Below are positions 47,773 to 59,712 of a stretch of DNA of 64,000 bases, piece by piece. Made by a program: the position numbers and the translations under genes. Position 1 is the first letter of the stretch. Every line of letters begins with the position of its first letter. Source of the DNA: Selaginella moellendorffii (lineage: Eukaryota > Plantae > Lycopodiophyta); NCBI RefSeq assembly GCF_000143415.4, contig NW_003314275.1:1617955-1681954 (forward strand), read 5' to 3'. The notes below the pieces were generated by a model. That model did no database searches. It saw only the letters and a list, made by a program, of their open reading frames with translations, and was not told the origin of the DNA.

Positions 47773-49370
47773 TCAAGAACATTCCTCCTCACAGATTCTT
47801 TCACGCTCGATCATATTGCATGATGGCTTTAGAATTACGTGACGCATGAGCGGACGATTAGTGAGTGATAAGTAGGGTAGGTCCTGTAAGTCAACAGTTA
47901 ATTTATCGACTACAAGGCGCACACAAGCCTCACCTTGTCCGAGATGCTCATGGAAGCCATTTTATGACTTGCAAGCATTTCTTTCACCAAACATACGAGC
48001 CGTTCTTTTACTGCACCTGTATACATTTTCCCACCGCCATACTCCTGCAACCAAATTGGTTACTTGTATGTGGCGATCAAACATGGAAGCTCTTACCCCT
48101 TTGATATTTGCCCACTCGTTATCGCTCTCCAGGAAGTAACTCAGATACTTGTAAGGAACATCAATCTGGAACAGAAAAGCTTGCAGCTGAGTCCAAAAGT
48201 TCAATCACAATCACCTCCAAATTGGCCCCATGTTTCTCATGCTCCTCTTTCGTGCTCCCTCCACCACTAAAGGCATGCTTGCGTATCTATGAGGAAGGAT
48301 AGACAACTATCAACCTTGACAGGAGCAAGAGAAATACCTTCATTTCAATCATAGGTGGATCGTCCGACAGAAACAACAATTGGCAGTTGCTGTTGAAAGT
48401 TTGCGCATTGCCTAGTTCGCCCTGCCACACTACTTAAATGAGAACAGATTGCTAAACTTTTTGTTTCACCTGTAGCATCGGGAGAGGTTTGAGTTGGACA
48501 ACCGCCGGCTCTGGTAAATTAGCACGTTCAAAAGCAGCTTTGGGAAATCTATCCTGCAGAATTCAGGTTTTCAATCAAGGCACTCGAACGTCCGTAGCTT
48601 ACTACCTGGCCAATTCTAAGACACTTCGTAAATGTCTCGCCGAGGAGAGTCTGGGGAAGGCGACAGAAAACAGCCTGCCGGAAACTTCCGTCAAGAGCGA
48701 AAAAGAATCACGAAAGAGAGAACCTCAACAAGTTCTTGCTGAAGAGCTGCCACGTCCGTCTTCGCTCCACGTACAGCCTGAATATTTTTTCCATACAACG
48801 CTTAGAAGTCCCCTTTCAAAGCCAGTATACCTCATTTATCAGCATGCACTTTGAAACATCGACAACACTCCTGTAGATTCTGAGAGGGTAAAGGTATGAG
48901 AGTGTGAAGGTCAGCTGACAAAAGCACTGTTTTTACCTGCTTGAAATGGAAGGAGGAGTGAGAATAAAAGTCCGCGACTTGTCCAAGCCGCAGGCCAAAA
49001 CACTCCTGGCCTGTGCATCAAAACACGCCTTTCTCTTGGCTGGATCGATACTAAGCTTTGAATCCGTGCAGGAAAGGATAATGACAACAGGTGCCGCAGT
49101 TGCGGTTTGCACATCCCTAGGCAAGAAAAACATAAAACAGTTTGCAAGAAATCCTGGGTTGTGCTTACTTTACAAACTGAAGAGAAGCCAAATGACGCAG
49201 ATCTAATTGTTCCGACACATCAAAGGTTCCCGCAAACAGATAAAATCTCTCCTTTCCTTCCAAGAGCTCCGCCAATACACTGCAACACAAGGATGAGCGC
49301 CGCAACACAGACGGCTACATACAGACCTGCTGTTTTCCAGGAGACCACGAGTGAGATACCGTGCCGCCAT
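47773..49370 (-). CDS. Divergent cytosolic-type tryptophanyl-tRNA synthetase paralog (likely pseudoenzyme), 10 exons
   Basis: Hand-spliced uninterrupted ORF: FYLFAGTFDVSEQLDLRHL, SVLACGLDKSRTFI, IRKHAFSGGGSTKEEHEKHGANLEIDVPYKYLSYFLE, EYGGGKMYTGAVKERL. Confidence 0.85.
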
Positions 49371-49541
49371 GCCTCAAAAACCCTACTAAAGCCCTTAAAT
49401 AAATGTTTGCATGCCCGGTTTCCTTTAAAGGCTTTAAGGGATTCTTGATGGGGAATTATTCCATGGAATGGCATCTAAAGTGGGACTTTTTTTTATTTTG
49501 GTTCAGTGAATATATCTAAAATCGTGGACGCCACGACCTCC

Positions 49542-51297
49542 ATGAATGGAGCTTCAAGGATACTTGGTTCTATTGCGCCTCTAGCAGCGGCGCCATTCAG
49601 CTCCTCGCGCCAACAAGGTACTACACATTTCCAAAGATCCCACACCATGGAGCTGCATGAGGAGCGCGAGCTCCATCGCAATCTCCTCAGCATGCCACAC
49701 AGGCCAGCATTCACAGCGTCGTACTGCTTCTTGGAGCCGATCTGTGCCACTCTTCCCTCAAATCCAGATCCCTCGCTCGCAAGCCAGGACTTGGCGCCAG
49801 TGTGCAAAGAGGGGAGGCTCTTATCTTCATGGGATATGACATTCTTGTGGCTGGGCTTGGTCGTGGGAGTTCCAAATTACTATCTCGCTGGAAGCTTGGT
49901 GGAGCTCGGGATGGCATGGTGGCAAGGAATTGGCACCGTCTTGCTTGCGAATGTGATCACGTACTGCATTCTCGTCTTAGCTGCGCATCCAGGGACCAAG
50001 TATGGGATTTCCTTCCCGGTTTTGTTGCGAGCTTCTTTCGGAGTGTTTGGAGCCAACGTCCCGGCTTTGCTGCGAGGCTTTGTGGCTTGCGGGTGGTACG
50101 GGATTGAGACTTGGATAGGTGGTGAGGCGATTTTCAGGATTGTGGACGTGATGTTGGGGAAGAACAGGTTCTCCAACTTGGCCGAGAGCTTGCCTTTGCT
50201 TGGGACCTCTGTGCCCGAGCTTGGGTGTTTTTTCCTGTTTTGGCTGCTGCAGCTGTGGATTGTGTGGAATGGGATCGAGAGCATTAAGAAGCTGGAGAAG
50301 TATAGCGCTCCGGTGCTTATCGTGCTCACGGTGGCCTTGCTTGTTTGGGCCGTCGTCTCTGCTGGGGGATTTGGAGCAATGCTTGCTGCTTCTTCGGCAT
50401 TTGGACGTGGTGGTCGCAAGGAAGGCAAGTTCTGGCAAGTTTTCTTGCCTTCGCTTACAGCAAACATTGGAACGTGGTCGACTTTGAGCTTGAATATCCC
50501 AGGTATGGTTCCACCTTTCTTTTCTTTCTCCTCGCATGGTTGCATCTCATTTCTTTTTTCTTCTTGCAGATTTTAGCCGGTACACTTATTCGCAGGCTGA
50601 TCAAATCCTTGGCCAGGCAAGCCTGCCTCTTTTCATGGCCGCCTTCTCTTTCGTCGGCCTGGCAGTGACATCGGCTTCGGAAGTCATATTCGGACACGCC
50701 ATATCCAACCCCATCGAGCTCCTTTCACGGATACGAGGTGGCTTTCTCGTTGCTGTGGTTTCACTCATTGGAGTCACCCTGGCCACTCTCACCACCAACA
50801 TCGCAGCCAACGTCGTGGCACCGGCAAACGCACTCGTCAACCTTGATCCAAAGCGATTCACCTATAGAAGCAGCGGACTCGTTGTGGCAGTCATAAGCGT
50901 GTGCTTCCTTCCGTGGAAGCTCCTCCAGACCAGCGAAAGTTTCATATACGCTTGGCTAGTCGGCTACTCGGCACTTCTCGGCCCAATCGGAGGTATACTT
51001 CTTGCTGATTACTACATTCTCAGGCAACGAAAGTTGGATATTGACTCCCTCTATTCCTCGAGCAACACAGGAAAATACTGGTACTCCAAAGGTGTGAATC
51101 CCGCGGCAATGGTTGCTCTTACGGCTGGAATTCTACCCTGCATTCCAGGCTTCCTGAGCACCGTCGGCCTACTGAAGCTCAAGATTCCAAGGCTTTTGCT
51201 AGCTCTGTATGATGGTGCATGGTTTGTGGGGTTCTTCGTGGCTGGACTCGTATACTTGACGCTTTCGTGCTTTCCCCGAGTGGAGAGAGCCTTGTAA
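49542..51297 (+). CDS. NCS1: Nucleobase:cation symporter-1 (purine/uracil permease), 2 exons; start 49542 or 49647
   Basis: [51 protein letters not shown]|[19 protein letters not shown]. Confidence 0.95.
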
Positions 51298-51647
51298 GCA
51301 TGTCAACCTCTGTAGAGTTTTCAAAACAAGGGAGCTGCAGAGTAACTTCACAGTGTTGCTTAATGACGCCACTCTATGCTCTCGAGAGCTAGATCTAAAA
51401 CTTAGGCTTTGTACAATGCAGAATTGTAAAATGGTTTTTTGCAAGAGAAGTGCCTCAGTCACACGCTCTATAGGACATCTTACCTCAAAGCACTTAGCCC
51501 CACTTTTCGCTTTGGAGCCCATATGTCAACAAGCTATATGTAACTTTGGATGGGATTGGATTGAATTTGATTGCCAGAAGGGGCAAACACCACACAAGGT
51601 TTCTGTTTTTCGAGTCGCTCCTGAGCTCTTGAGCCAAGTGCTCGGCC

Positions 51648-51994
51648 ATGGCTGATAAGAGTTATCCTTACGGCTATCCTCCTCAAGGTTTGCTTTGCAG
51701 CGAGAATCTTTGGGTGACATTTCGTTGGAAGGTTGTAACTCGCTTGTTGTGTTCAGGTTACTATCCACAGCCACCTCCAGTGGCTCCTCCTCCGCAGTAT
51801 TATGGCCCTTCTCATAGAGACCAAGGCTTTCTAGAAGGCTGGTAAAAGAAAATCATGTTTTTTGCTTGTTGGTCTTCTAGTAACTTTTACAGAGACTAAA
51901 TTTGCTGGGAATTTGCAGCTTGGCTGCCCTTTGCTGCTGCTGGTTACTGGATGTTTGCTGCTGCTGCGGCCCACACATGCTCATTGGATGCTGA
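51648..51994 (+). CDS. CYSTM (cysteine-rich transmembrane module) small protein, 3 exons
   Basis: MADKSYPYGYPPQ|GYYPQPPPVAPPPQY...GFLEG|CLAALCCCWLLDVCCCC. Confidence 0.93.
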
Positions 51995-52417
51995 TGATTC
52001 CTAGTAAATTTGAAGCTCTACATCTGATATATGGAGTTTTAGTAACTTCTTGGCTATGGTAGCGTTGGATCTTGCTGCGCTGCAAAATCATATACATATG
52101 CGCCAATTATTTCTTATTTTTCGGTAAATTACGCAGATTTTTCTGTGCAGACTTTGGAACCTATATATGATTATGCTACTGCTCGAATGTGCTTGGCCCT
52201 CTGGAGAGGAAAGCTATGGCCGCTCAATGAGAAAACGAGGTTTTTGCTCCACTCACAACAAAACGGTCACAGTGGCTGGTCAACGTTTGGTGAACGTTGT
52301 GGAATATTCGAACGATGATCATGTAAAGGTAAAAGGTAAAAACCGTTGACGGGGCAAACTTGCGACAGAAGCTTCAAGCTTGCCCTAAAAGGGTAAAAGG
52401 CTGGAAAATTTTAGAAA

Positions 52418-54542
52418 ATGCCGGGCAATGGGCTCCGTGATGCCGCGGCGGGAGGAATTCTCGCTTGCCAGGGAGTGCAATGCAACTGCAGCCAGAGCGA
52501 TGGCCTCGAGATCCTCTTCCGCGAGATCCTCAGCCTCCACAGCTACTGGAGCAGCTTCTTCGGTGCCGAGCTCGACGCTCCGCGGGTAAGGGTTTTTCTC
52601 CCCCAGCTGGTTGGAGCCGTGGATTCGGCAGCGCGGCTGGTCCGGAGCTACTCCAGCGGGCTATGGCTGCTCTCGTCGCTGCGCAAGCTTGAGAATCGAG
52701 ATGGGTTCTTGCACGCCGCGGAGATTGTGTGGAGGTATGTGGAAATCGTGCAGCGGCAGCNNNNNNNNNNNNNNNNNNNNNNNNNNNNNNNNNNNNNNNN
52801 NNNNNNNNNNNNNNNNNNNNNNNNNNNNNNNNNNNNNNNNNNNNNNNNNNNNNNNNNNNNTGCTGGAAGAGGCGGCTGGCACCGATAGAATGGAACTTAA
52901 GTTCAAGGTGGAGGCCGAGAGAAGCTCGCGCATAAAGCTGTTTGTTCAAGGGGGGAGGAAGATCATGCTCGACGCTCTCTCGCAGAAGCTGGATTCCACC
53001 GAGAGAATCTATTTCATCGATCCAAGGTCGCTGCTCTTGAGTGGAATCGTGTTGGGTGACGCGAATTCTCTCGTGCAAAAAGGAAACTGGCTGGGACAAG
53101 CAGTGGCAGTGAAGAAGTGTGGCGATGGTTTTCGCTACTGCAGAGAGGCCGGGGTCTTCCAGCACTTCCAGCCGTCCCACCCGAACGTGATACAAGTCTT
53201 GGGAGAGTCCGAGGTTCCGGAAACAAAGGAGAAACTCCTCGTCATGGAGGAGAAGAACAGCGATCTAAAGAGATACTTTCACTCTTCCGGCCCGATCACG
53301 CAACTTCAAGCGGTGGACTTTCTGATCCAGATCGCTGGTGCGATGGTTTACCTGCACGGCAAAGGCGTTTGCTACCGAGACCTCAAGCTCGAGAACATCA
53401 TGATCGACGTCCAGTATCTGGAGCTCACTTTGGCGGACTTTGGCCACTCAAAGCCACGCTTTGATCCTCTGGGAGACAACACTTGTCCCGTTGGAACTGT
53501 CAGCTACATGGCCCCGGAAGTTCTCGCTGGGATAACCTCCGGACAGGATCCCGGCTATGGCTTCAGCGTGGACGTCTTCAGCTTTGGGATCGCTTGCTCC
53601 GAGATTGTGTCTGGACAGCCTCTGGAGCTGACGGTCCCTCTAACAAGGGAGGAACGAATCGAGCGATTGCGGCGCGGAGAGAGACCTTCGCTTCCAGAGT
53701 CTTGCCACCAGAAGCTCAAGAAGCTCATCACGCAGTGCTGGGATTTTTCGCCGAAGAACCGACCGACTTTCGAGGTGATCTACGAGAAACTCTGGGAGAT
53801 CAAAGAAGAGCTCTTGGCTGGAAGCCCCGCTAGCACGGACCCGGGAGAAGCTGCGCCGGCCTCTGAGATCCAAGCCGCTGGGATCCAAAACCTGGCAATC
53901 ACTGGAGCAAACACGGTGGGAAGCAAATCGACAGCAACTTGGCAGTACGTGAACGACACGAGCTTCTGCGTGGTTGGGTGGCAAAGATACAGAGATCTAG
54001 AGTCCGAGGAGCCCCAGCTATCCTGGAAAGTCTCGCTCACATCAGGGACTTCGAGCGATTACACCATCACTCCCGACGATCTCGACCGGCACGTTGGCGT
54101 GATTTGCTTGCCGCTGGCTCTGGTCGATGGGAAGATCGTGCCAAGGCAACAGGCTCGCTTCACTCACGGAGCTCTCGTCTCGCAAGATCCGGCGATGGCG
54201 AGGGAGATGGAGAGGCACTTGAGGAAGGAACACGTTGCTTTCGACATCACCGTCGACCGCCGGAAGATCAAGCTCAACCTCTGCCACACCGACTACCATC
54301 TCGTGTGGCATATGGGAAGCACCAAGAACTTCCGCGGCCAGTTTGTTCGTGGAGACGTGAGCGTCGAGGTGGTGGGCGATTGCTCCATGGTGATCTCCAA
54401 GGCCAGCCAGAGCCAGAGAAGCACGATCGACTTCAAGGATTCTTACAGGAGGAACTTAGCAGTGCTTCTGATTCGCCATTTTTTGGAATCCAGTCCTTCC
54501 CAAAATGGATTGGACCACATTCCAACCCGGAATACTTGGTAG
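52418..54542 (+). CDS. TKL/Raf-like protein kinase with N-terminal helical domain and C-terminal Ig-like/PH-like extension (spans an assembly gap)
   Basis: VAVK, REA, HPNVI, YRDLKLEN, LADFG, GTVSYMAPE, DVFSFG, CW..P..RPTF. The N-terminal ORF at 52418 joins across the gap. Confidence 0.88.
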
Positions 54543-54709
54543 GATAGAGACTATATCGATGTAAATGATCTTTATATTGGATGTAAAAATCAGGGAATGA
54601 CAATGACAATAGAAAGAACAAAATGACAATAGAAAGATTTTGACCAAAGCTCAGAGGAAAAGAATGAGATTAATCGCCAGTGTTGGCTGCGTCCATCCTT
54701 GGCATCTCT

Positions 54710-55906
54710 TCAGCAACCTTGGCAACGAAAAAATTCGTTAGATAAGCGAGCAGGGATTAAAGCAACTCTTACCAGCTTCTGGAGGGTTTTGCGAGCGTCC
54801 ATTCTAGCTTTGACCACCTCCGGATTCCAGGGGCAGTCAATCGCCAGCGAAAGAGTCGCGACCGCCCTGTCCATGAGGCAGCCGCTCCTATACCCGGTGG
54901 CTTTCATGGTCGCAAAGTTGACCATCCAATAGTCAGCGGCGACCCCCGTTGACGCGAGCGTCACCCTCGCCCTCTTTCGCCCCCGCGTCGCCGCCTGGAG
55001 TACCACCCGAGCATCTGGCTTGTCGAGCCGCGCCATCTCCATGCTGTTATCATTCGTGAAGAGCACCTTCACCTGGAAAAAAGAACCAAAATCAATGGCA
55101 ACGCAAAATACAAGTCAACCACGTTGACCAGCAGGAGAAAAAGAGGACCTCGTCTTGCTGGATGGTGGTCTCCTCGCCCTCCTTGAGAACAATCTTGATC
55201 TCACGGCGATATCCAGTCATCAGGTTGACCTGCTCCATCCTCTCCAGGTCAATCTTGTATGGCACGCCGTTTGGATACTTGGCAGAGGTGAAGGCAGCCT
55301 CCAGCTGATCATCGGCCTCACCGCCTTGTTTCTTGCCACCAGCGCGCTTGCTACTCTCGAGCTTGGACTTTGCGAGCTTGATTCTGAGAGCAATGTCCGG
55401 TTCATACTGGACCCATTTCTTATGATTGTCGAGCCACCACACCCCCGGCTTGGTTGGATACGCGCGGCTCTTATTACTCTCTAGCACCTTCACCTGGGAA
55501 AAGAAACAAAAAACCAAAAACCAAAAAGTCAGCGGCACAGCAAAAAAAAGTCAACTCAAACGAGGACCTCGTCTGGCTTGATGGTGGTCTGCTCGCCTTC
55601 CTTGAGAACAATCTTGATCTCGCGGCGGTACCCAGACCTCACGTTGACCTGGTGCATTCTCTCGAGGTCGATCTTGTATGGCATGCCGTTCGGATACTTG
55701 GTGGAGTTGTGGAACCCGATCTCCACATCCTTGGCCTCGCCACCTTGTTTCTTACCATCGGCGGGATTGCTACTGCTACTATCGAGCTTGGACTTCGCGA
55801 GCTTGATGCTGAGAGCGATGTCCGGTGGATACTGGACCCATTGATCATCCTCCCGCCACCACACCCCCGGCTCCGTGGGATCGGCGCACTCCTTGGTGAT
55901 ACACAT
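54710..55906 (-). CDS. Tandem WWE-domain protein (3 exons: 55906-55568, 55493-55149, 55072-54710)
   Basis: Two repeats of GVWW....WVQY.PDIAL.IK...YKIDLERM.QVN..(S/T)GYRREIK and a third degenerate YWMVNFATMKATGYRSG; phase-0 introns. Confidence 0.78.
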
Positions 55907-56028
55907 GTTGCCCTACACAAAGCTTCGCCAACTTTTTCTTTTAAACTTCTATGGCCCCCAAAAGCGGTCGATTCTTGCGGAGAAATCTTTAGCTCGCGCC
56001 ATTAAAAGCATCAACGCCCACATTGGGT

Positions 56029-56744
56029 TTAAGATAAGCTTTTTATCCATGGCATTGCCGTGGCGAAGAAGTCGCGGAGTTTGTCCGGGGATGGCAGCGA
56101 CGAGCGCACCAGCGGGTGCTCCCGGATCGCGTCGAGGAGGGCGAGGAATCGCGGGCAGGCGTCGCGCGATGGCAGCCTCAGGCCCCCGACCTCGACGAGC
56201 GATTTGGAGCAGAGCGCGGTGGAGACGAGGACAATGTCAACGAGCCCGAGCTTCGCGCCACCGAAATAGGGCGCGCGATTGCTCTTGCGCAGCTCCTCCT
56301 CGAGAATGCCGCAGCTGGCGAGGAAATCTTCCTGCCCGGTGGCCCGGAACACCACATTCGCCGATTCTGCAAAGATCTAGAGCAAACGAATTGCGAGAAG
56401 AGGGTAAAATCGATCAACCGTACCTTCCTCTCCACGAAATCTGCCCAGAATCGCTCCTGCGCTCGAGCGTATGGATCCCTGGGAAGAATCTCATCGCCGT
56501 GATCGCGCCACTGCTCGTCGATGTACTCTATTATGACGCTGGATTCCGCGATTGGCCTGCCGTTGTGGATCAGCACTGGGACTTTCTTGTGCACGGGATT
56601 GGATCGAAGCAGCAGCTCGCCCTTGCTCCTCACGTCCTGCTCGACGCGCTCGTAGGGGATCGACTTGAGTTCCAGCGCCAGCATCGCGCGCATGGAGTAG
56701 GGGCTGGACCACACACACAGCAGCTTCACGCTCTCATCCGCCAT
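56029..56744 (-). CDS. Tau-class glutathione S-transferase (2 exons)
   Basis: WSSPYSMR, LLLRSNPVHKKVPVLIHNGRPIAES..IIEYIDE, LPRDPYARA..RFWADF, YFGGAKLGLVDI. Confidence 0.96.
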
Positions 56745-56819
56745 AGCCAGGAACTCAAAACCCTAGAAAAGAATTTTAAATTTTTAAAACGTTTGTGCGC
56801 GAAAGTCAAGCCTCGCAAG

Positions 56820-57526
56820 TCACGCCTGCGTTGTCACTAAGTGAAGATTGGATTGAGATTCCGAGACGTCCGCTGGAGGAGCGCTGGGTTCGTGCCCTCG
56901 AGAAGCTCTCCTGGTGGATTCACGGTTCTCCAAAATCAAAACCATGAAAAGCTCTCGCAGGGCGAGCAAAGTCGATAGAGCAAATGCAGCGAAGCTTACG
57001 AATCCAATCGCCACTCCAGCAGTCACGGTGGATCCGGTCGAGAGTTTCTCACCGAGAAGTGCATACACGACATCGTCAACCAGTTTGACACCCACGGTAG
57101 CAGCGGAAGAACTGGCTATCAGTAAATATGCTAGAATCTGTGAGAACGAGGCTCTTATCAATCGAAGCCTTATCTGGCAAATCAAAGCTCACACCTGATC
57201 AAGAGTGAAGATGATACTGGCAGTGACAACGCTGGGCTTCTTTCCTCTTGCCAAGATCAACCATACCAGGCTTCCAATTGCATACACACAAGCTACGACA
57301 TTCATAGTCCCAGCAAACCTACAAAACAAATGGTGAGACTAAATTTGATCATGGTCTTATACCTGGTTCCTTCTCCAAGTGCAAGAGTGTCTTGTTCAGA
57401 GTAATATTTTAGCTTGTCACCAAATATGAGGCCGAAGGCAAGGGCCGTAACAATAACTTGGATTGATCTGAGAATAAAGGGACTCGCGCTTGAACAATCG
57501 AGAGGAGCATCTCCATTGCTTGACAT
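56820..57526 (-). CDS. CASP-like (DUF588/MARVEL) four-TM protein, 3 exons
   Basis: ILRSIQ TM1, NVVACVYAIGS, IFTLDQ|ILAYLLIASSSAA, GVAIGFVSFAAFALS. Confidence 0.85.
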
Positions 57527-58668
57527 CTCCTCGCAAGAAAACACGCAGGCCAGCCAGAGTTAAATACAAATCAGTCTCAATTATTAGATATACATTTAAG
57601 ATACCAAGAATCTTTTACGGCAGCATTCCTTTTGGAGGATCCAACGAGAAAGGTTTCTTTTCAATGGCCTTTATAGGCATGTCCCACCCGATCGTTCAGT
57701 TGCAAACTAAATGTCTTAAGGAACATTAACTTTATACAGGAAGTTAAAAAGTATCATAATGAGTATGGATATAGTTTTGGAATCACAAACTAAGGTTTAG
57801 TCAAGGAAAGGTATTTTTAAATATCTCTATTTTGCAAGTTATGAGAAAACTAGCCTAAATTAAATATTTCTATATTTTAATGGTTTTATAGTTTTGTTTT
57901 GTAACATTTACAACAAAAACATACTTAGTATCTACAACAAGAAAAAAAAAGAGGCACAAGTATGTTATATTCAATTTAATTCTTAACTGTTTTTTTTAAA
58001 AAAAAATTTGTATCTATTTTTCAGTATTGACTTTTGGGTGGTTTAAGTTATCTTGGAAAAAAAATATAAAGGAATATTCTATTGGGACTGTAGTGCCTTT
58101 CTATCTAGAAGCATCGCCAAGAAGAGCATGCCATCAAGAAAACAAGGAGCGAGGACCAAGAGCCTTCTAAGTCCTATAATGGTGAGGATTAAGGTGGGCA
58201 GCTCTAGTGCTCGTCCAAGGAGATCAAAGCCCAATGTTGAATGGCTCACACTAGATGTTCATGCACTCGCTCATTTCGAGCTGCTTGGTCTTCTTTGGAG
58301 GTGGTCTTCTTTGTGGATTTTGGTGCCGCTCTGGATTGTTTTGTCCCGCTCATCTGGGATGCAGTAGAACGATGCTCGTCACTAAAGTCAAGGAACTGCG
58401 CCAGTCGTCTCAGTTTACTAGTGCCCAGATGGAATCCCTAGTTAACTCTTTGGATACTCTTAAATTACACTCACTCAAGTAATAATACATGTTTTTGGAG
58501 GGTCTCCCTAACACTCATGAATGAAGCTCTCAAATCCTTGGCAGGAGCTGCATGTGATGAAAGCAAGAATAAAAGAGGAAAATCTCTTGAATCTCAAGTA
58601 ATTAGAACGAAGTATCTTGCTTGCTTTTGCAATACGTGTTTGTCCAACAAACAGCCTTCTCGAGAGCT

Positions 58669-58782
58669 TCGTGCTCTCGAGAAGCTGTGTGGTGGATTCA
58701 CGGTTCTATCAAAACCATGAAGAGCTCTCGCAGGGCGAGCAAAGACGGCAGAACAAAAGCAGAGAAGCTTATTAATCCAATC
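58669..58782 (-). pseudogene. Fragment duplicated from the last exon of the CASP-like gene
   Basis: cgtgc.ctcgagaagct...ggtggattcacggttct...aaaaccatgaa.agctctcgcagggcgagcaaag matches 56891-57009. Confidence 0.8.
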
Positions 58783-59028
58783 TTGGTCGAGTCTCACCCA
58801 AGAATCCCAATGTCCAAATCTAGAGTATTCTTTCCTCTATTCCGCTGGAAGTGTACCAGTGATCATGTTTTGACCAAGGTTCCTGCAAGTCCATGCATGT
58901 AAGCAAGAACAGCGCTAGACTTATCTAATGGAACACTAATACCTATGAGGCTTATGTTAAGTCACAATAATATAAAATCTAGAAACTATTTAGGGCAGCA
59001 TTTCTTTGGCGTAGAAAGCGAGAAGACA

Positions 59029-59712
59029 ATGGCGACTGTGGAGCTGAGCAGCAGCTATGGATTTGTGGTGTTGATCGTTGTGGCAAAGTTTGTTCTCAAC
59101 GTGTGGATGATGTTGCAGGTCGGCAAGGCACGGAAGCGGTGAGTAATTGAGTGGATTTGGGGCTCGCCCATGGTTTTCTACTTGTTTTGCTTGATTTCTC
59201 TTTGTTTCCAGCTACAAGGTGCCTTACCCAACTCTGTATGCTCTTGAGAGCGAGAACAAGGAGGCCAAGCTGTTCAATTGTGTCCAGGTTTTCCTCTGCT
59301 CTTCCTGGTGTAACATTTCTTCTTGATTGAATCGTTTTTTCTGCTTCATTTGCACAGAGGGGTCACCAAAACACTCTGGAACTCATGCCACTCTTTCTCA
59401 CTCTGCTCCTCCTTGGAGGTCTTAAGGTAGTGATGGAACTTTGTAGGTCCAATCTAACATTTTGCTTTTCCATGGATGTAGTACCCGATTGTGGCAGCAC
59501 TGTTTGGAGCTTTGTACATTGTGACTCGCTACTTTTATTTCACGGGCTACTCTACCGGCATTCCAGACAACAGGCTATCCATTGGGTATTCTTCCGATTT
59601 ATCAATCTTGGACGATTTTTGGATGTTTGATTCGTGCAGGAAGTTTTCTTTCATTGGCCTGCTGGGACTTCTAGTGTGCACCTTTTTGTTTGGTATAGGA
59701 TTACTCTTTTAG
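59029..59712 (+). CDS. MGST3: Microsomal glutathione S-transferase 3 (MAPEG family), 5 exons
   Basis: VGKARKR|YKVPYPTLYA...AKLFNCVQ|RGHQNTLE.MP...|YP, RYFYFTGYSTG.P..R. Confidence 0.95.
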
